DNA from: Nitrospirota bacterium
GTDB taxonomy: Bacteria; Nitrospirota; UBA9217
Assembly: GCA_035623825.1 (NCBI GenBank)
Contig: DASPSR010000062.1
Span: 88,023-152,022, forward strand
Length of the DNA: 64,000 nt
Direction of reading: 5' to 3'
The notes under the pieces are model-generated. The model did not search any database, was not told the origin of the DNA, and saw only the letters and a program-made list of their open reading frames with translations. Each line of letters begins with the position of its first letter. The first letter of the stretch is position 1. Below are positions 1-10,461 of this stretch, piece by piece. The position numbers and the translations under genes were made by a program.

Positions 1-1
1 A

Positions 2-1450
2 TTCAAGAAGCTCGCTGAAATCAGCGCAATGGGGGAAAAGCCATATGCCGGCAGGTTCGCCGTATCGGCGTCAGCGCATGAGCTTTTGAACAGGTATGAG
101 CAGACGGGGAAGGAAGACCTCGACAAGGGACGCGTCCACGTAACCATAGCCGGAAGGATCATCGCCATGCGGAGCTTCGGCAAGGCGTGCTTCAGCCATA
201 TCCAGGACGGCTCCGGGAAGATCCAGCTCTATTTTCAGAAGAATACCCTTGGCGAGGAGCGTTTTGATTTTTTCAAAAAGATCGACATCGGCGATTTCAT
301 CGGCGTGAAGGGATTTTTGTTCCGCACCAGAACGAATGAGCTGACGGTGGATGTGGAGGACTTCACGCTCCTCTCAAAATCCCTCCGCCCGCTGCCGGAG
401 AAGTGGCACGGTCTGACGGACGTAGAACTCCGCTACCGCCAGCGGTATGTTGACCTCATCGTCAACCCGGAGGTAAAGCAGGTTTTCCTTCTCCGGACAA
501 AGATCATACAGTCCATCCGCGCGTTCCTGAATGCGAGGGGGTATATCGAGGTAGAAACCCCCATGATGCAGACCATCCCCGGCGGGGCCGCGGCCAAACC
601 GTTCAAGACGCACCACAATGCCCTGGACATGGACCTTTACCTCCGGATCGCCCCGGAATTGTATCTTAAACGCCTGCTGGTAGGCGGTTTTGAACGTGTC
701 TACGAAATCAACCGTAATTTCCGGAATGAAGGCATTTCAACTCGCCATAACCCCGAATTTACCATGCTCGAGTTCTACACAGCCTATGCGGATTACCGCG
801 ATCTGCTCGATATGACCGAAGAGATGATCAGCACGGTCGCCAGGGATGTCCTCGGGACGACGGAGGTGGAATACGAGGGGCACAGGATCAATCTTACACC
901 TCCGTGGAAACGCATTGCGTTCGTCGATTCCCTGCGAGAGGCAGGCGTGCCGGATGATGTCGTTGTTGATGAAGGGAAGGCGCGCGACTACGCAAAGAAG
1001 CTCGGCGCGAACCTGCAGGGGGGGGAACCGCTCGGGAAGCTTCTGAACGAGATATTCGAGGCGCTGGTCGAGCCGAAGCTGATCCAGCCGACCTTTGTCA
1101 CGGATTATCCCACGGACATATCTCCTCTCTCCAAGAAACGGGATGATAATCCAGATTACGTGGAGCGCTTCGAACTGTTTGTCGTCGGCAGAGAGATCGC
1201 GAACGCGTTCTCCGAGCTGAGCGACCCCGTTGACCAGAAGGAACGTTTTCTGAGGCAGGTCTCCGAGCGCGAAGCGGGCGATGAAGAAGCGCATCAGATG
1301 GACGAGGACTTCATCCGGGCGCTGGAATACGGCATGCCGCCTGCGGCAGGCGAGGGCATCGGCATCGACCGCCTGGTGATGCTGCTTACCGGATCCAGCT
1401 CCATAAGGGACGTGATCCTGTTTCCGCAGATGAAGAAGGAAAAACAGTGA
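2..1450 (+). CDS. lysS: Lysine--tRNA ligase, class II (5' end outside the window)
   Basis: OB-fold region (GRIIAMRSFGKACF), YRQRYVDL, EVETPMM, FRNEGISTRHNPEFTMLE, GIGIDRLVM. The frame is open back to position 2. Confidence 0.98.
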   Translation, partial: FKKLAEISAMGEKPYAGRFAVSASAHELLNRYEQTGKEDLDKGRVHVTIAGRIIAMRSFGKACFSHIQDGSGKIQLYFQKNTLGEERFDFFKKIDIGDFIGVKGFLFRTRTNELTVDVEDFTLLSKSLRPLPEKWHGLTDVELRYRQRYVDLIVNPEVKQVFLLRTKIIQSIRAFLNARGYIEVETPMMQTIPGGAAAKPFKTHHNALDMDLYLRIAPELYLKRLLVGGFERVYEINRNFRNEGISTRHNPEFTMLEFYTAYADYRDLLDMTEEMISTVARDVLGTTEVEYEGHRINLTPPWKRIAFVDSLREAGVPDDVVVDEGKARDYAKKLGANLQGGEPLGKLLNEIFEALVEPKLIQPTFVTDYPTDISPLSKKRDDNPDYVERFELFVVGREIANAFSELSDPVDQKERFLRQVSEREAGDEEAHQMDEDFIRALEYGMPPAAGEGIGIDRLVMLLTGSSSIRDVILFPQMKKEKQ

Positions 1451-2682
1451 AAACTCCCTACGAGATATTCGTCAGTCTCCGGTATCTGAAGACCAAAAAG
1501 CGCTACGGAACCGTTTCGCTCAACACGTTCATCTCGATTGCGGGCGTGGTGATCGGCGTCGCAACGTCCATCATCACGCTTTCAGTGATGACCGGCTTTC
1601 AGGGATATTTCAGGGACAAGATTCTATCAGCCATATCACATATCGTGGTCATGGAATATTCGGGTATCGGAGTGAAAGACGAGAAGGCCTTGCAGGAAAA
1701 AATCGCCAGAGTCCCTCACGTCGTGGCCACAACGCCGTTCATCATCAGCCAGGCAATGCTTGCCAGCAAGGACCGCGTGCAGGGTGTCGTGGTCAGGGGG
1801 ATCAATCCGAAGACCGAGGGCACTGTAACAAGCCTGGCAAAGAATATCACCGCAGGCTCTCTGACGGACCTCGATGCACCCGGGAAAAAATTGCCCGGAA
1901 TCGTAATCGGCGAGGACCTTGCCCGCAAGTTCGGGGCGGACATCGGCGATACAATCACCATGGTAAACCCCATCGGCGAGGAAACGGCCATGGGCATGGT
2001 GCCCAAAATGAGGAAGTTCGAACTTGTCGGCATTTTCGACGCAGGGATGTATGACTATAATACCGGATTTGCCTATCTATCCATGCAGGAAGCGCAAAAG
2101 TTCTTCGATATGCAGGGCCGCGTAAGCGGCATTCAAGTGCGCGTGGACGAGATCTACAGCGCTGACAAGATATCCGGCGCCATCCGCTCGGCCATCGGAT
2201 ATCCTTATTACACCCGCGACTGGATAGAGATGAACAAGAATTTCTTTTCAGCGCTTAAACTTGAAAAGATCGGCATGTCGCTTATTCTCGTCGTCATCAT
2301 CATCGTAGCTTCATTCAACATCGTTGGCACGCTCACGATGATTGTAATGGAAAAGAATCGCGAGATCGCGATCCTGAAGTCCATGGGCGCGCCATCCGGA
2401 AGCATTATGCGGATTTTCATGTTCGCCGGACTGGTTATCGGGCTCCTAGGCACGATCATAGGATCTCTCATCGGTTACGGGGCCGTGGTTCTCATCACTA
2501 AAACCGGGGTGATATCGCTGCCAAAAGATGTTTACCAGGTCAGCCACCTGCCGCTTTCCATCACCGGCCTGGATATCCTGTCCATAGCGGCCACGGCGCT
2601 CGGGATCAGTTTTCTCGCTACGCTGTATCCTTCATGGCAGGCCGCAAAACAGGATCCGGTGGAAGTGCTGAGGTACGAATGA
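1447..2682 (+). CDS. lolE: Lipoprotein-releasing ABC transporter permease, LolC/E family
   Basis: FISIAGVVIGVA...LSVMTGF, EIAILKSMGA, ATLYPSWQAAK.DPVEVLRYE. GTGA overlap with the lysS stop. Confidence 0.93.
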   Translation: MKTPYEIFVSLRYLKTKKRYGTVSLNTFISIAGVVIGVATSIITLSVMTGFQGYFRDKILSAISHIVVMEYSGIGVKDEKALQEKIARVPHVVATTPFIISQAMLASKDRVQGVVVRGINPKTEGTVTSLAKNITAGSLTDLDAPGKKLPGIVIGEDLARKFGADIGDTITMVNPIGEETAMGMVPKMRKFELVGIFDAGMYDYNTGFAYLSMQEAQKFFDMQGRVSGIQVRVDEIYSADKISGAIRSAIGYPYYTRDWIEMNKNFFSALKLEKIGMSLILVVIIIVASFNIVGTLTMIVMEKNREIAILKSMGAPSGSIMRIFMFAGLVIGLLGTIIGSLIGYGAVVLITKTGVISLPKDVYQVSHLPLSITGLDILSIAATALGISFLATLYPSWQAAKQDPVEVLRYE

Positions 2683-2731
2683 CGAGGCGACTTGAAATCA
2701 TACGCTTGAAATCAAGCGTGAGGAGGATCTC

Positions 2732-2971
2732 ATGGCTCAAAGGGGCGGTAAAGTGAAAAGATTTTTATTGACCCTGATTTTGCTAGCACTGATCATCATC
2801 GTATTCATTCTTTTGGGCGGGGGCGGCCTGCTGAAGTCCGCAGGCAAGTGGATCGGCGGCATGGGAAAGAAAGCTGAGGATATCAAGGGGACGCTCGAGC
2901 ACAAGGCCACTACCATCGAGAAAACGGTCGAGAAGTTGAAAGAGAGCGATAAGCCGGGAGAGAAGAAATAA
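2732..2971 (+). CDS. Small single-TM hypothetical protein
   Basis: GAGGAGG SD just before the ATG. Hydrophobic helix followed by a Lys/Glu-rich tail. Lies between lolC/E and lolD. Confidence 0.7.
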   Translation: MAQRGGKVKRFLLTLILLALIIIVFILLGGGGLLKSAGKWIGGMGKKAEDIKGTLEHKATTIEKTVEKLKESDKPGEKK

Positions 2972-3651
2972 CACGGCCACTTATCCATATAGAGCAGCTT
3001 CGTAAGACTTTCATGAGCGGATCTGTAGATCTCCATGTGCTCGAAGGCATCGACCTCGACATCCGGAAGGGTGAAATGCTCGCCATCGTGGGCGCTTCCG
3101 GCGTGGGCAAAAGCACCTTTCTTCACATCATCGGAGGCCTTGACAGGCCATCCGCAGGAAAGGTATGGTACGGAGACCTTGATGTCTTCGGGCTGGACAA
3201 CGACCGGATAGCACGGTTCCGGAACGAACGGGTGGGGTTCGTTTTCCAGTTCCATCATCTGCTTCCTGAGTTTTCCGCACTTGAGAATGTCATGATGCCC
3301 GCGTTCATCCGGCGAATAGGCAGGGAAGAGGCCGCCGAGACAGCTGCCGGTTTGTTGAGGGACGTAGGGCTCGGAGCACGCCTGCACCACCGTCCAGGAG
3401 AACTATCCGGCGGCGAGCAACAGCGCGTGGCCGTTGCAAGGGCGCTCGTTCTCAACCCGGATGTGGTGCTTGCCGACGAACCTACGGGAAACCTCGATTC
3501 GCATACGGGCGAGGCGATTCATGAGCTTCTGCAGGACATCAACAGGCAGAAAGGCATAACCTTTGTGATCGTGACGCACAACGATAAGCTTGCCATCCGG
3601 GCGGACCGGGTGCTCAGAATGAGAGAGGGCAAGCTTACGCAGGAGAATTGA
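2968..3651 (+). CDS. lolD: Lipoprotein-releasing ABC transporter ATPase (start probably ATA at 2968; first ATG at 3013)
   Basis: GASGVGKST, GFVFQFHHLLPEFSALENV, LSGGEQQRVAVARAL, LADEPTGNLD. Confidence 0.95.
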   Translation: MTRPLIHIEQLRKTFMSGSVDLHVLEGIDLDIRKGEMLAIVGASGVGKSTFLHIIGGLDRPSAGKVWYGDLDVFGLDNDRIARFRNERVGFVFQFHHLLPEFSALENVMMPAFIRRIGREEAAETAAGLLRDVGLGARLHHRPGELSGGEQQRVAVARALVLNPDVVLADEPTGNLDSHTGEAIHELLQDINRQKGITFVIVTHNDKLAIRADRVLRMREGKLTQEN

Positions 3652-3731
3652 CGGGTCATCTTCGCTAGCCCGGCCGCAAGCTCTGCGCCGCGGCATCCTC
3701 TTCCATCCAGAGCTTTGCCCTATCTTTTCCC

Positions 3732-3764
3732 TTGACTTTACACGGGGTTAAAAAGTATTATAAA
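3732..3764 (+). promoter_or_regulatory. Sigma70-like promoter of the ccsA-hem operon
   Basis: TTGACT-18nt-TATTAT, or overlapping TTTACA-16nt-TATAAA, upstream of 3811. Confidence 0.55.
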
Positions 3765-3810
3765 AAGTCCTATTCATCAAACCATTACATCTACATCGGG
3801 GAACGGGCCT

Positions 3811-4623
3811 ATGAATCTTCTTTTTTTTCAAGCAGCCATGGGGGTTTACCTGTGCGCGGCTGCGGGGTATCTAGCCTACATCATCAAGCCGCAACGCACC
3901 TGGATCGCAGTGGCATCGCTCTGGGCCACGGTTGCCGGATACATTCTTCATGTTTCCTATTTTGCGTCACGATGGGCTGAGTCCGGACGTATCCCGATGA
4001 CGAACTTCTTCGAGGCCGCCAATTTCCTCGGGATGGGGCTTGTGCTCGTGTACCTGGTCATGGAATTCAGGTTCAAGATCGCCGCTCTGGGTTCATTCAT
4101 GCTCCCGCTCGTGCTCATCCTCATGATCCCCACATTGGTGCTTTCCGGCAGGATCGAGGAAATGAAGCCTGTGCTCAAGAGCGGCTGGCTCGGGGTGCAT
4201 ACGAGCTTCGCGGTCCTAGGCGATGCCTCGTTCGCCTTTGCCTTTATCGTTTCGATCATGTACCTGATCCAGGAGCGCCAGCTCAAGACCAAACACCTGG
4301 GCGCGATATTCCACCGTCTGCCATCGCTCGATATCATGGATACGCTCGGCTACAAGGCGCTGACGTTCGGCTGGCCCCTTTTCACCCTGGGCATGATTAG
4401 CGGATCGATCTGGGCAAACAGCGCATGGGGCACGTACTGGAGCTGGGACCCGAAGGAGACCTGGTCGCTCATCACCTGGGTCATCTACCTGGTGCTGCTG
4501 CACCTCAGGACGATCGGCTGGCGCGGCAGGAAGATGGCCTTCCTCTCGATTGTCGGCTTCATGTTTGTTCTGGTCAGTTTCTTCGTCGTAAGCCGCGTGA
4601 ATATTGGGAAGCATACGTTTTAA
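3811..4623 (+). CDS. ccsA: Cytochrome c biogenesis protein, CcsA/ResC family (HemX-like position)
   Basis: WWD domain WANSAWGTYWSWDPKETWS, conserved His residues, multiple TM helices. Confidence 0.92.
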   Translation: MNLLFFQAAMGVYLCAAAGYLAYIIKPQRTWIAVASLWATVAGYILHVSYFASRWAESGRIPMTNFFEAANFLGMGLVLVYLVMEFRFKIAALGSFMLPLVLILMIPTLVLSGRIEEMKPVLKSGWLGVHTSFAVLGDASFAFAFIVSIMYLIQERQLKTKHLGAIFHRLPSLDIMDTLGYKALTFGWPLFTLGMISGSIWANSAWGTYWSWDPKETWSLITWVIYLVLLHLRTIGWRGRKMAFLSIVGFMFVLVSFFVVSRVNIGKHTF

Positions 4624-4634
4624 GGTGTTAAAAA

Positions 4635-5993
4635 ATGGGCATTATTGTCGTAGGGCTTAGTCACAAAACAGCGGCTATCGAAGTGCGAGAGAAACTCAAC
4701 TTTCCGGAAAGCACGCTTCCCGATGCGCTGAGAAAACTCATGGCATATGAAGGGGTCCGGGAAAGTCTCATCGTGTCCACGTGCAACCGCGTGGAGATTT
4801 ACGCTTCGGTACAAGAAAGCGCCAAGGGCATCGACCGCATCAAACAGTTCATTTCGGATTACCACGGTCTCTCGCGGGAAGCCTTGGAGCAGTCGCTTTA
4901 CGTCTATCCCGATGCCCAGGGAGTGCGCCACACCTTCCGAGTCGCATCAAGTCTCGACTCCATGGTGCTTGGAGAAGCCCAGATCCTGGGGCAGCTCAAG
5001 GATGCCTTCGATATCGCCCTCAAGACCAAGACCACGAGCACCATCCTGAACAAACTGATCAAGAAGGCCATCTCCGTTGCGAAAAGGGTCCGCACTGAGA
5101 CCAAGCTCGCAGAAGGGGCGGTTTCCATCAGTTCGGCCGCGGTCGAATTGGCTAAGAAGATATTCGGCGAACTGGAAGGCAAGAACGTCATGCTCTTGGG
5201 CGCCGGCGAGATGGCCGAACTCGCGGCTCAGCACCTCCTTGGCAATGGTGTGAAGAACATCATGGTGGCGAACCGCACGTTCGAGCGCGCGGAAGAACTG
5301 GCCAAGGATTTCAAGGGTGACGCGATCCGGTTCGAACATTTCCCCGACGCACTCATGATGGTGGATATCCTGATCTGTGCGACCGGCGCCCCGAACTATG
5401 TCGTCAATCGCGACATGGCGGGCCGGGCCCTCAAGGAGCGGCGCCACAAGCCTATATTCATGATCGATATCTCGAATCCGAGGAATATCGATCCCGAGGT
5501 CGACAAGGTGGACAATGTCTATCTTTATGACATTGACGATCTTCAGAGCAAGGTCGACGTCAATACCGAAGGCAGGGCAAGGGAAGCGGGGAAGGCCGAA
5601 GAGATCGTGATGCAGGAGGTCGAGACCTACCTCGCGTGGGAGCGCGCCCTTGATGCGGTGCCGACCATTGTTGACCTTCGCGAGAAGGTAGAGGATGTCC
5701 GCAAGCGCGAATTGGAGAAGACCCTTGGCTTCTTGAACGGGATCACCGAAGACCAGAAACGGGCCGTAGAAGCCATGTCACAGGCCATTGTGAACAAGCT
5801 TCTTCACGCGCCCCTCGTGGTCCTGAAGCAGGCAGCCTCTGCCCCGGACGCCGGTGACAATACGATTGCCGTCGCACGAAAGCTGTTTAATCTCGACAGG
5901 GAGCTGAAACGGCCCACGCGCGAGAAGGTTGAGGAGTTGCCCGATCGAGAATTGCCAGAACAGGGATCAGGTTCAAAGAGTCCTTGCCGCTGA
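4635..5993 (+). CDS. hemA: Glutamyl-tRNA reductase
   Basis: VGLSHKTA, STCNRVE, SSLDSMVLGEAQILGQ, GAGEMA. Confidence 0.98.
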   Translation: MGIIVVGLSHKTAAIEVREKLNFPESTLPDALRKLMAYEGVRESLIVSTCNRVEIYASVQESAKGIDRIKQFISDYHGLSREALEQSLYVYPDAQGVRHTFRVASSLDSMVLGEAQILGQLKDAFDIALKTKTTSTILNKLIKKAISVAKRVRTETKLAEGAVSISSAAVELAKKIFGELEGKNVMLLGAGEMAELAAQHLLGNGVKNIMVANRTFERAEELAKDFKGDAIRFEHFPDALMMVDILICATGAPNYVVNRDMAGRALKERRHKPIFMIDISNPRNIDPEVDKVDNVYLYDIDDLQSKVDVNTEGRAREAGKAEEIVMQEVETYLAWERALDAVPTIVDLREKVEDVRKRELEKTLGFLNGITEDQKRAVEAMSQAIVNKLLHAPLVVLKQAASAPDAGDNTIAVARKLFNLDRELKRPTREKVEELPDRELPEQGSGSKSPCR

Positions 5994-6133
5994 TCCGGCC
6001 GGGAGTGATTGAAATAAGGTCAAGGTGCTGTCAGGGAGGAAACCGCGCGAATATGCCGACCCTGCGCACTGTCGATGATCAAATCCGAACGGCGTAGATC
6101 CGCGGTTAATCGCGATATTCGAGGAGCATTTCA

Positions 6134-7099
6134 TTGAAAAGACAAAAGATCAAGATCGGCACACGCGGGAGTGCCCTTGCACTCTGGCAAGCAGAGTGGG
6201 TGAAGTCTGAGCTTGAGAAGAGATATCAGGGCATGACCGTAACGCTCACCAAGATCAAGACCACAGGGGACAAGATCCTGGATGTTCCGTTGGCGAAAGT
6301 GGGCGGCAAGGGCCTGTTCGTGAAGGAAATCGAAGAGGCCATGCTGGAGAATGAGATCGACATAGCGGTGCACAGCATGAAGGACGTCCCGACCTTTTTC
6401 CCTGACGGGCTTCATCTGTCATGCATCACGAAGCGCGAGGACCCGAGAGATGCTCTTCTTTCGCGCAACGGGGTCAGCTTCAAAGATCTGCCCAAGGGAG
6501 CGAATGTGGGAACGAGCAGCCTTCGGCGCCAGGCCCAGATCATGAACATCAGGCCCGACTTCGTGATCCATCAGCTTCGCGGGAACGTCGACACACGGCT
6601 CCGTAAGCTCAAGGAAGGGCAGTTCGATGCAATCATCCTTGCCGCGGCAGGGATCAAGCGGCTCGGACTTGCCGAGAATGTGACGGAATACATCGATCCG
6701 GAGATCAGCCTGCCCGCCATCGGCCAGGGGGCGCTCGGCATCGAGTGCCGGGTCGACGACCGGGAGCTGAACGACCTGATCGCGTTCTTTAACCATGCTG
6801 ACAGCCGGACCTGCGTCACGGGAGAACGCGCCCTCCTCAGGAGGCTCGAAGGCGGATGCCAGGTCCCCATAGCCTGCTACGGCCGGATGGAAGAGGGAAA
6901 ACTCCACCTCACAGGTCTTGTAGGCAGCGTTGACGGGAAGAGGATCGTAAAAGATACCATCGAAGGCGCACCCGACAAGGCGGAGAAGCTTGGCGTTACC
7001 CTGGCTGAGAAGCTCCTGCTGCAGGGCGCCGATGTGATCCTTCGGGAAGTCTACGGACATAATACGGACTTCAGCGGCAACAACCTGCTGGACAATTAG
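6134..7099 (+). CDS. hemC: Hydroxymethylbilane synthase
   Basis: IGTRGSALALWQA, GGKGLFVKEIE, AVHSMKD, GTSSLRR, LEGGCQVP. TTG start after a GAGGAG SD. Confidence 0.98.
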   Translation: MKRQKIKIGTRGSALALWQAEWVKSELEKRYQGMTVTLTKIKTTGDKILDVPLAKVGGKGLFVKEIEEAMLENEIDIAVHSMKDVPTFFPDGLHLSCITKREDPRDALLSRNGVSFKDLPKGANVGTSSLRRQAQIMNIRPDFVIHQLRGNVDTRLRKLKEGQFDAIILAAAGIKRLGLAENVTEYIDPEISLPAIGQGALGIECRVDDRELNDLIAFFNHADSRTCVTGERALLRRLEGGCQVPIACYGRMEEGKLHLTGLVGSVDGKRIVKDTIEGAPDKAEKLGVTLAEKLLLQGADVILREVYGHNTDFSGNNLLDN

Positions 7100-7229
7100 C
7101 TTGAATGGAGGCGGAAAGCATTGGGTCGAAGGCGGAGCATGAGCGCGCACGCAATGCTCCATGCCCCCTGCCTTCTGCCGGGAGAGTTTTCCAGCCATCA
7201 CGCCCCGCACGTATAGCAGTAACGGAAAA

Positions 7230-8756
7230 ATGACAATACCAGGAAAAGTCTATCTCATCGGCGCTGGGCCGGGCGATCCGGGCTTGATCACGGTCAAGGG
7301 GCTGGACTGCGTAAAAAAGGCGGACGTGATCATCTACGATTATCTCGCCAATGAGAGGATTCTCGATCACCGGCGGCCCGACGCCGAGCTCATCTACGTT
7401 GGCAAGCAGGGGAGCAGGCACACCCTTCCGCAGAATGAAATCAACAGCCTCATCGTTAAAAAGGCGAAAGAAGGGAAGACCGTCGCCCGTTTGAAGGGCG
7501 GCGATCCTTTCATCTTCGGCAGAGGAGGAGAAGAGGCCGAGGAACTCGTCGATACCGGCATCCCCTTCGAGATCGTGCCGGGCGTGACCGCGGCAACGGC
7601 CGTGCCGACCTACGCGGGCATCCCGCTCACTCACCGCGAACATACTGCGAGCGTGGCCTTCGTGACCGGCCATGAAGATCCGACCAAGGCAGAGTCCAAG
7701 GTGCACTGGGATCGGATCGCGACCGGCATCGGGACCCTGGTGTTCTTCATGGGAATGAAGAACCTCCAGAACATCGTTGACAACCTTGTTTCGAACGGCA
7801 GAAATCCCGAAACGCCAGTGGCTCTCATCCAGTGGGGTACGCGAACGGACCAGCGGGTAGTGACCGGCACTCTCAGCGATATCGTCGTAAGGGTCAAGGA
7901 AGCTAAGCTTGGCCCCCCAGCCATAATCGTGGTGGGCGAGGTTGTGCGGCTCAGGCAGAAACTCAACTGGTACGAATCCAAGCCGCTGTTCGGAAAACGG
8001 GTGGTCGTGACCCGCTCACGGGGGCAGGCAAGCGCATTCGCTGAGATGCTCACCGACCGCGGGGCCACGACCGTCGAATTCCCGACGATAGACGTTGTTC
8101 CGCCCGCGAGCTGGGCCGAGCTGGATAATGCCCTTGATGTGATCGAGTCGTACCAGTGGGTGATCTTCACGAGCGCAAACGCCGTCCGGTTCTTTTTTGA
8201 CCGGCTCAGGAGCCGCGGCAAGGATATCAGGACCCTTAAGGGCGTGAACATATGTGCCGTGGGCCCAAAAACCGCCGAATCGATCGAACAGTACGGCCTG
8301 AGGGCCGATCTGATACCGTCCGAATTCAAGGCAGAGGGAGTGCTTGCCGCCCTCGGCGGCGCGAACGTGAAGGGGCGGAAATTCCTGATCCCCCGGGCCA
8401 AGGTCGCCCGGGAGATCATTCCGGACAAACTGAGAGATCTCGGCGCAGAGGTCACGGTAGCAACGGCGTACGAAAACGTCAAACCGACGAGCGATGTGGA
8501 GCGAGTGAGAAAGCTTTTTCAGGAGAAGAAAATCGCCGCGGTGACCTTTACCAGCTCTTCAACGGTGCATAATTTTGTTGAAATACTTGGCCGAAAAGAG
8601 TATAAATCACTCTTAGACGGCGTGACCATCGCCTGCATCGGGCCGGTGACCGCCAAGACCGCAGAAGAGTATGGCATAAAGACGGACATCATGCCAAAAG
8701 AATATACCATTCCCGCATTCGTTGATGCGATGGTGGATTTTTTTGGGAAACGATAG
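7230..8756 (+). CDS. cobA: Uroporphyrinogen-III C-methyltransferase / uroporphyrinogen-III synthase fusion (CobA-HemD)
   Basis: GAGPGDPGLIT and RLKGGDPFIFGRGGEE, followed by a HemD domain (VVVTRS, FTSANAV, FTSSSTV). Confidence 0.95.
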   Translation: MTIPGKVYLIGAGPGDPGLITVKGLDCVKKADVIIYDYLANERILDHRRPDAELIYVGKQGSRHTLPQNEINSLIVKKAKEGKTVARLKGGDPFIFGRGGEEAEELVDTGIPFEIVPGVTAATAVPTYAGIPLTHREHTASVAFVTGHEDPTKAESKVHWDRIATGIGTLVFFMGMKNLQNIVDNLVSNGRNPETPVALIQWGTRTDQRVVTGTLSDIVVRVKEAKLGPPAIIVVGEVVRLRQKLNWYESKPLFGKRVVVTRSRGQASAFAEMLTDRGATTVEFPTIDVVPPASWAELDNALDVIESYQWVIFTSANAVRFFFDRLRSRGKDIRTLKGVNICAVGPKTAESIEQYGLRADLIPSEFKAEGVLAALGGANVKGRKFLIPRAKVAREIIPDKLRDLGAEVTVATAYENVKPTSDVERVRKLFQEKKIAAVTFTSSSTVHNFVEILGRKEYKSLLDGVTIACIGPVTAKTAEEYGIKTDIMPKEYTIPAFVDAMVDFFGKR

Positions 8757-8795
8757 CAAGATGACAACAATGAAGTGACGGAATAAGGAGAAACC

Positions 8796-9170
8796 ATGAT
8801 TACCATTTCAGATATAGCAGCTGACAAGATCAAAGAGATCCTCAAGGCGGAAGGGGTGCCGAACCACGGCCTACGCGTAGCGGCGGCAGGCGGCGGATGT
8901 TGCGGCACCTCGTACGAGATCATGATCGATGACAAGGCTGGTGATGACGATACCGTGATCGAAAAGAACGGTGCCAAGCTCTTCATCGATATGGCGACCG
9001 CCAGGAACATCGCCGGTGCCGAGCTCGGATTCATTAGCGATGAGCGGGGAGAGGGGTTTGTCATCGGTTTCCCGAACGGCGCTCCGGAAGGCGGAAGCTG
9101 CGGGTGCGGCGAGCAGGAAACCAGGCCGGGCGGCGGCGGGTGCGGCTCCGGAGGCTGCGGCTGCAGCTAA
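8796..9170 (+). CDS. HesB/IscA-family Fe-S carrier-like protein with Cys/Gly-rich tail
   Basis: ITISDIAADKIK, GLRVAAAGGGCCGTSY, GAKLFID, SCGCG. AAGGAG SD. Confidence 0.85.
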   Translation: MITISDIAADKIKEILKAEGVPNHGLRVAAAGGGCCGTSYEIMIDDKAGDDDTVIEKNGAKLFIDMATARNIAGAELGFISDERGEGFVIGFPNGAPEGGSCGCGEQETRPGGGGCGSGGCGCS

Positions 9171-9315
9171 GTTCATACAAAGAGAGCAGGGGGTATACGG
9201 TGGAACCCATCCGCCGCGCTCCAACCCTCTGCTGGCTTCGTTGTGCATCCTTGTTCAACCGTGGCAATGCTGACATGCCAGCTTGCAATAGGGTCAACCC
9301 TGTTTAGGAGATTCT

Positions 9316-10290
9316 ATGTACCAGCCCTTATACCGGCCGAGGAGGCTGAGGTCCAACGAGAGTTTACGGCGTATGGTGAGAGAGACGAAGCTCTCTCCCG
9401 ACGACTTCATCTTCCCGCTCTTTGTTACCCACGGCAAGGGTGTGAAGAAAGAGATCGGGTCCATGCCCGGGAATTTTCAGCAGTCCATCGACAATATCGT
9501 GAAGGACTGTGAAGAGGTGAGGAACCTCGGCATCCCCGCTGTCCTTCTCTTCGGGATTCCCGAGCACAAGGACGAGGTTGGCAGCGAGGCGTACTCGGAT
9601 GAAGGCATTGTCCAGCACGCGATCAAGGCAATCAAGAACAAGACCCCGGAACTCATCGTGATCACCGATGTTTGTCTCTGCGAGTACACGAGCCATGGCC
9701 ACTGCGGCGTGATCAAGAACGGCGTCGTCCAGAATGACGCCACGCTCGAACTGCTCGCTCGAGAAGGGCTCTCCCATGCGAAAGCAGGTGCCGACATGGT
9801 TGCGCCGTCGGACATGATGGACGGGCGGGTCGGCGCCATTCGCCGAACACTCGACAGCGAAGGCTATCATGACGTGCCGATCATGTCCTACGCCGCGAAG
9901 TACGCTTCGAGTTTCTACGGCCCGTTCCGAGAGGCGGCCGAATCGACGCCGCAGTTCGGTGATCGCCGCTCTTACCAGATGGACGCTCCGAACAGCCGTG
10001 AGGCTCTGCGCGAAGTGGCGCTGGACATCGATGAAGGCGCGGACATCGTGATGGTCAAGCCTGCCCTTGCCTACCTCGACATCATCTATCAGGTCAAGCA
10101 GCAGTTCAATCTGCCTGTTGCCGCCTACAACGTAAGCGGCGAGTTCTCGATGATCAAGGCCGCGGCCAAGCTCGGTTGGCTCGACGGTGAACGTGCCATG
10201 ATGGAGTCGCTCATCGCGATCAAGCGCGCGGGGGCAGACATGATCCTCACCTACTTCGCCAAAGAAGCCGCGACGCTTTTGAACGGATAG
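9316..10290 (+). CDS. hemB: Porphobilinogen synthase
   Basis: [35 protein letters not shown]. Confidence 0.98.
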   Translation: MYQPLYRPRRLRSNESLRRMVRETKLSPDDFIFPLFVTHGKGVKKEIGSMPGNFQQSIDNIVKDCEEVRNLGIPAVLLFGIPEHKDEVGSEAYSDEGIVQHAIKAIKNKTPELIVITDVCLCEYTSHGHCGVIKNGVVQNDATLELLAREGLSHAKAGADMVAPSDMMDGRVGAIRRTLDSEGYHDVPIMSYAAKYASSFYGPFREAAESTPQFGDRRSYQMDAPNSREALREVALDIDEGADIVMVKPALAYLDIIYQVKQQFNLPVAAYNVSGEFSMIKAAAKLGWLDGERAMMESLIAIKRAGADMILTYFAKEAATLLNG

Positions 10291-10461
10291 GCAAGCTGCG
10301 GCTTCAGGCTTTCCCCTTACCCCGCGATTTATTTCAATTTTCCGTGCATTTTCATACAGTTTGAGAATTATGCTATACTATAGTGGGCAGTTTCATTGCG
10401 GAACGACCGGAGCGATGCTCTGGTGATTTTATCGACGCGAATAAAAGGAGGAAAGCGGACC

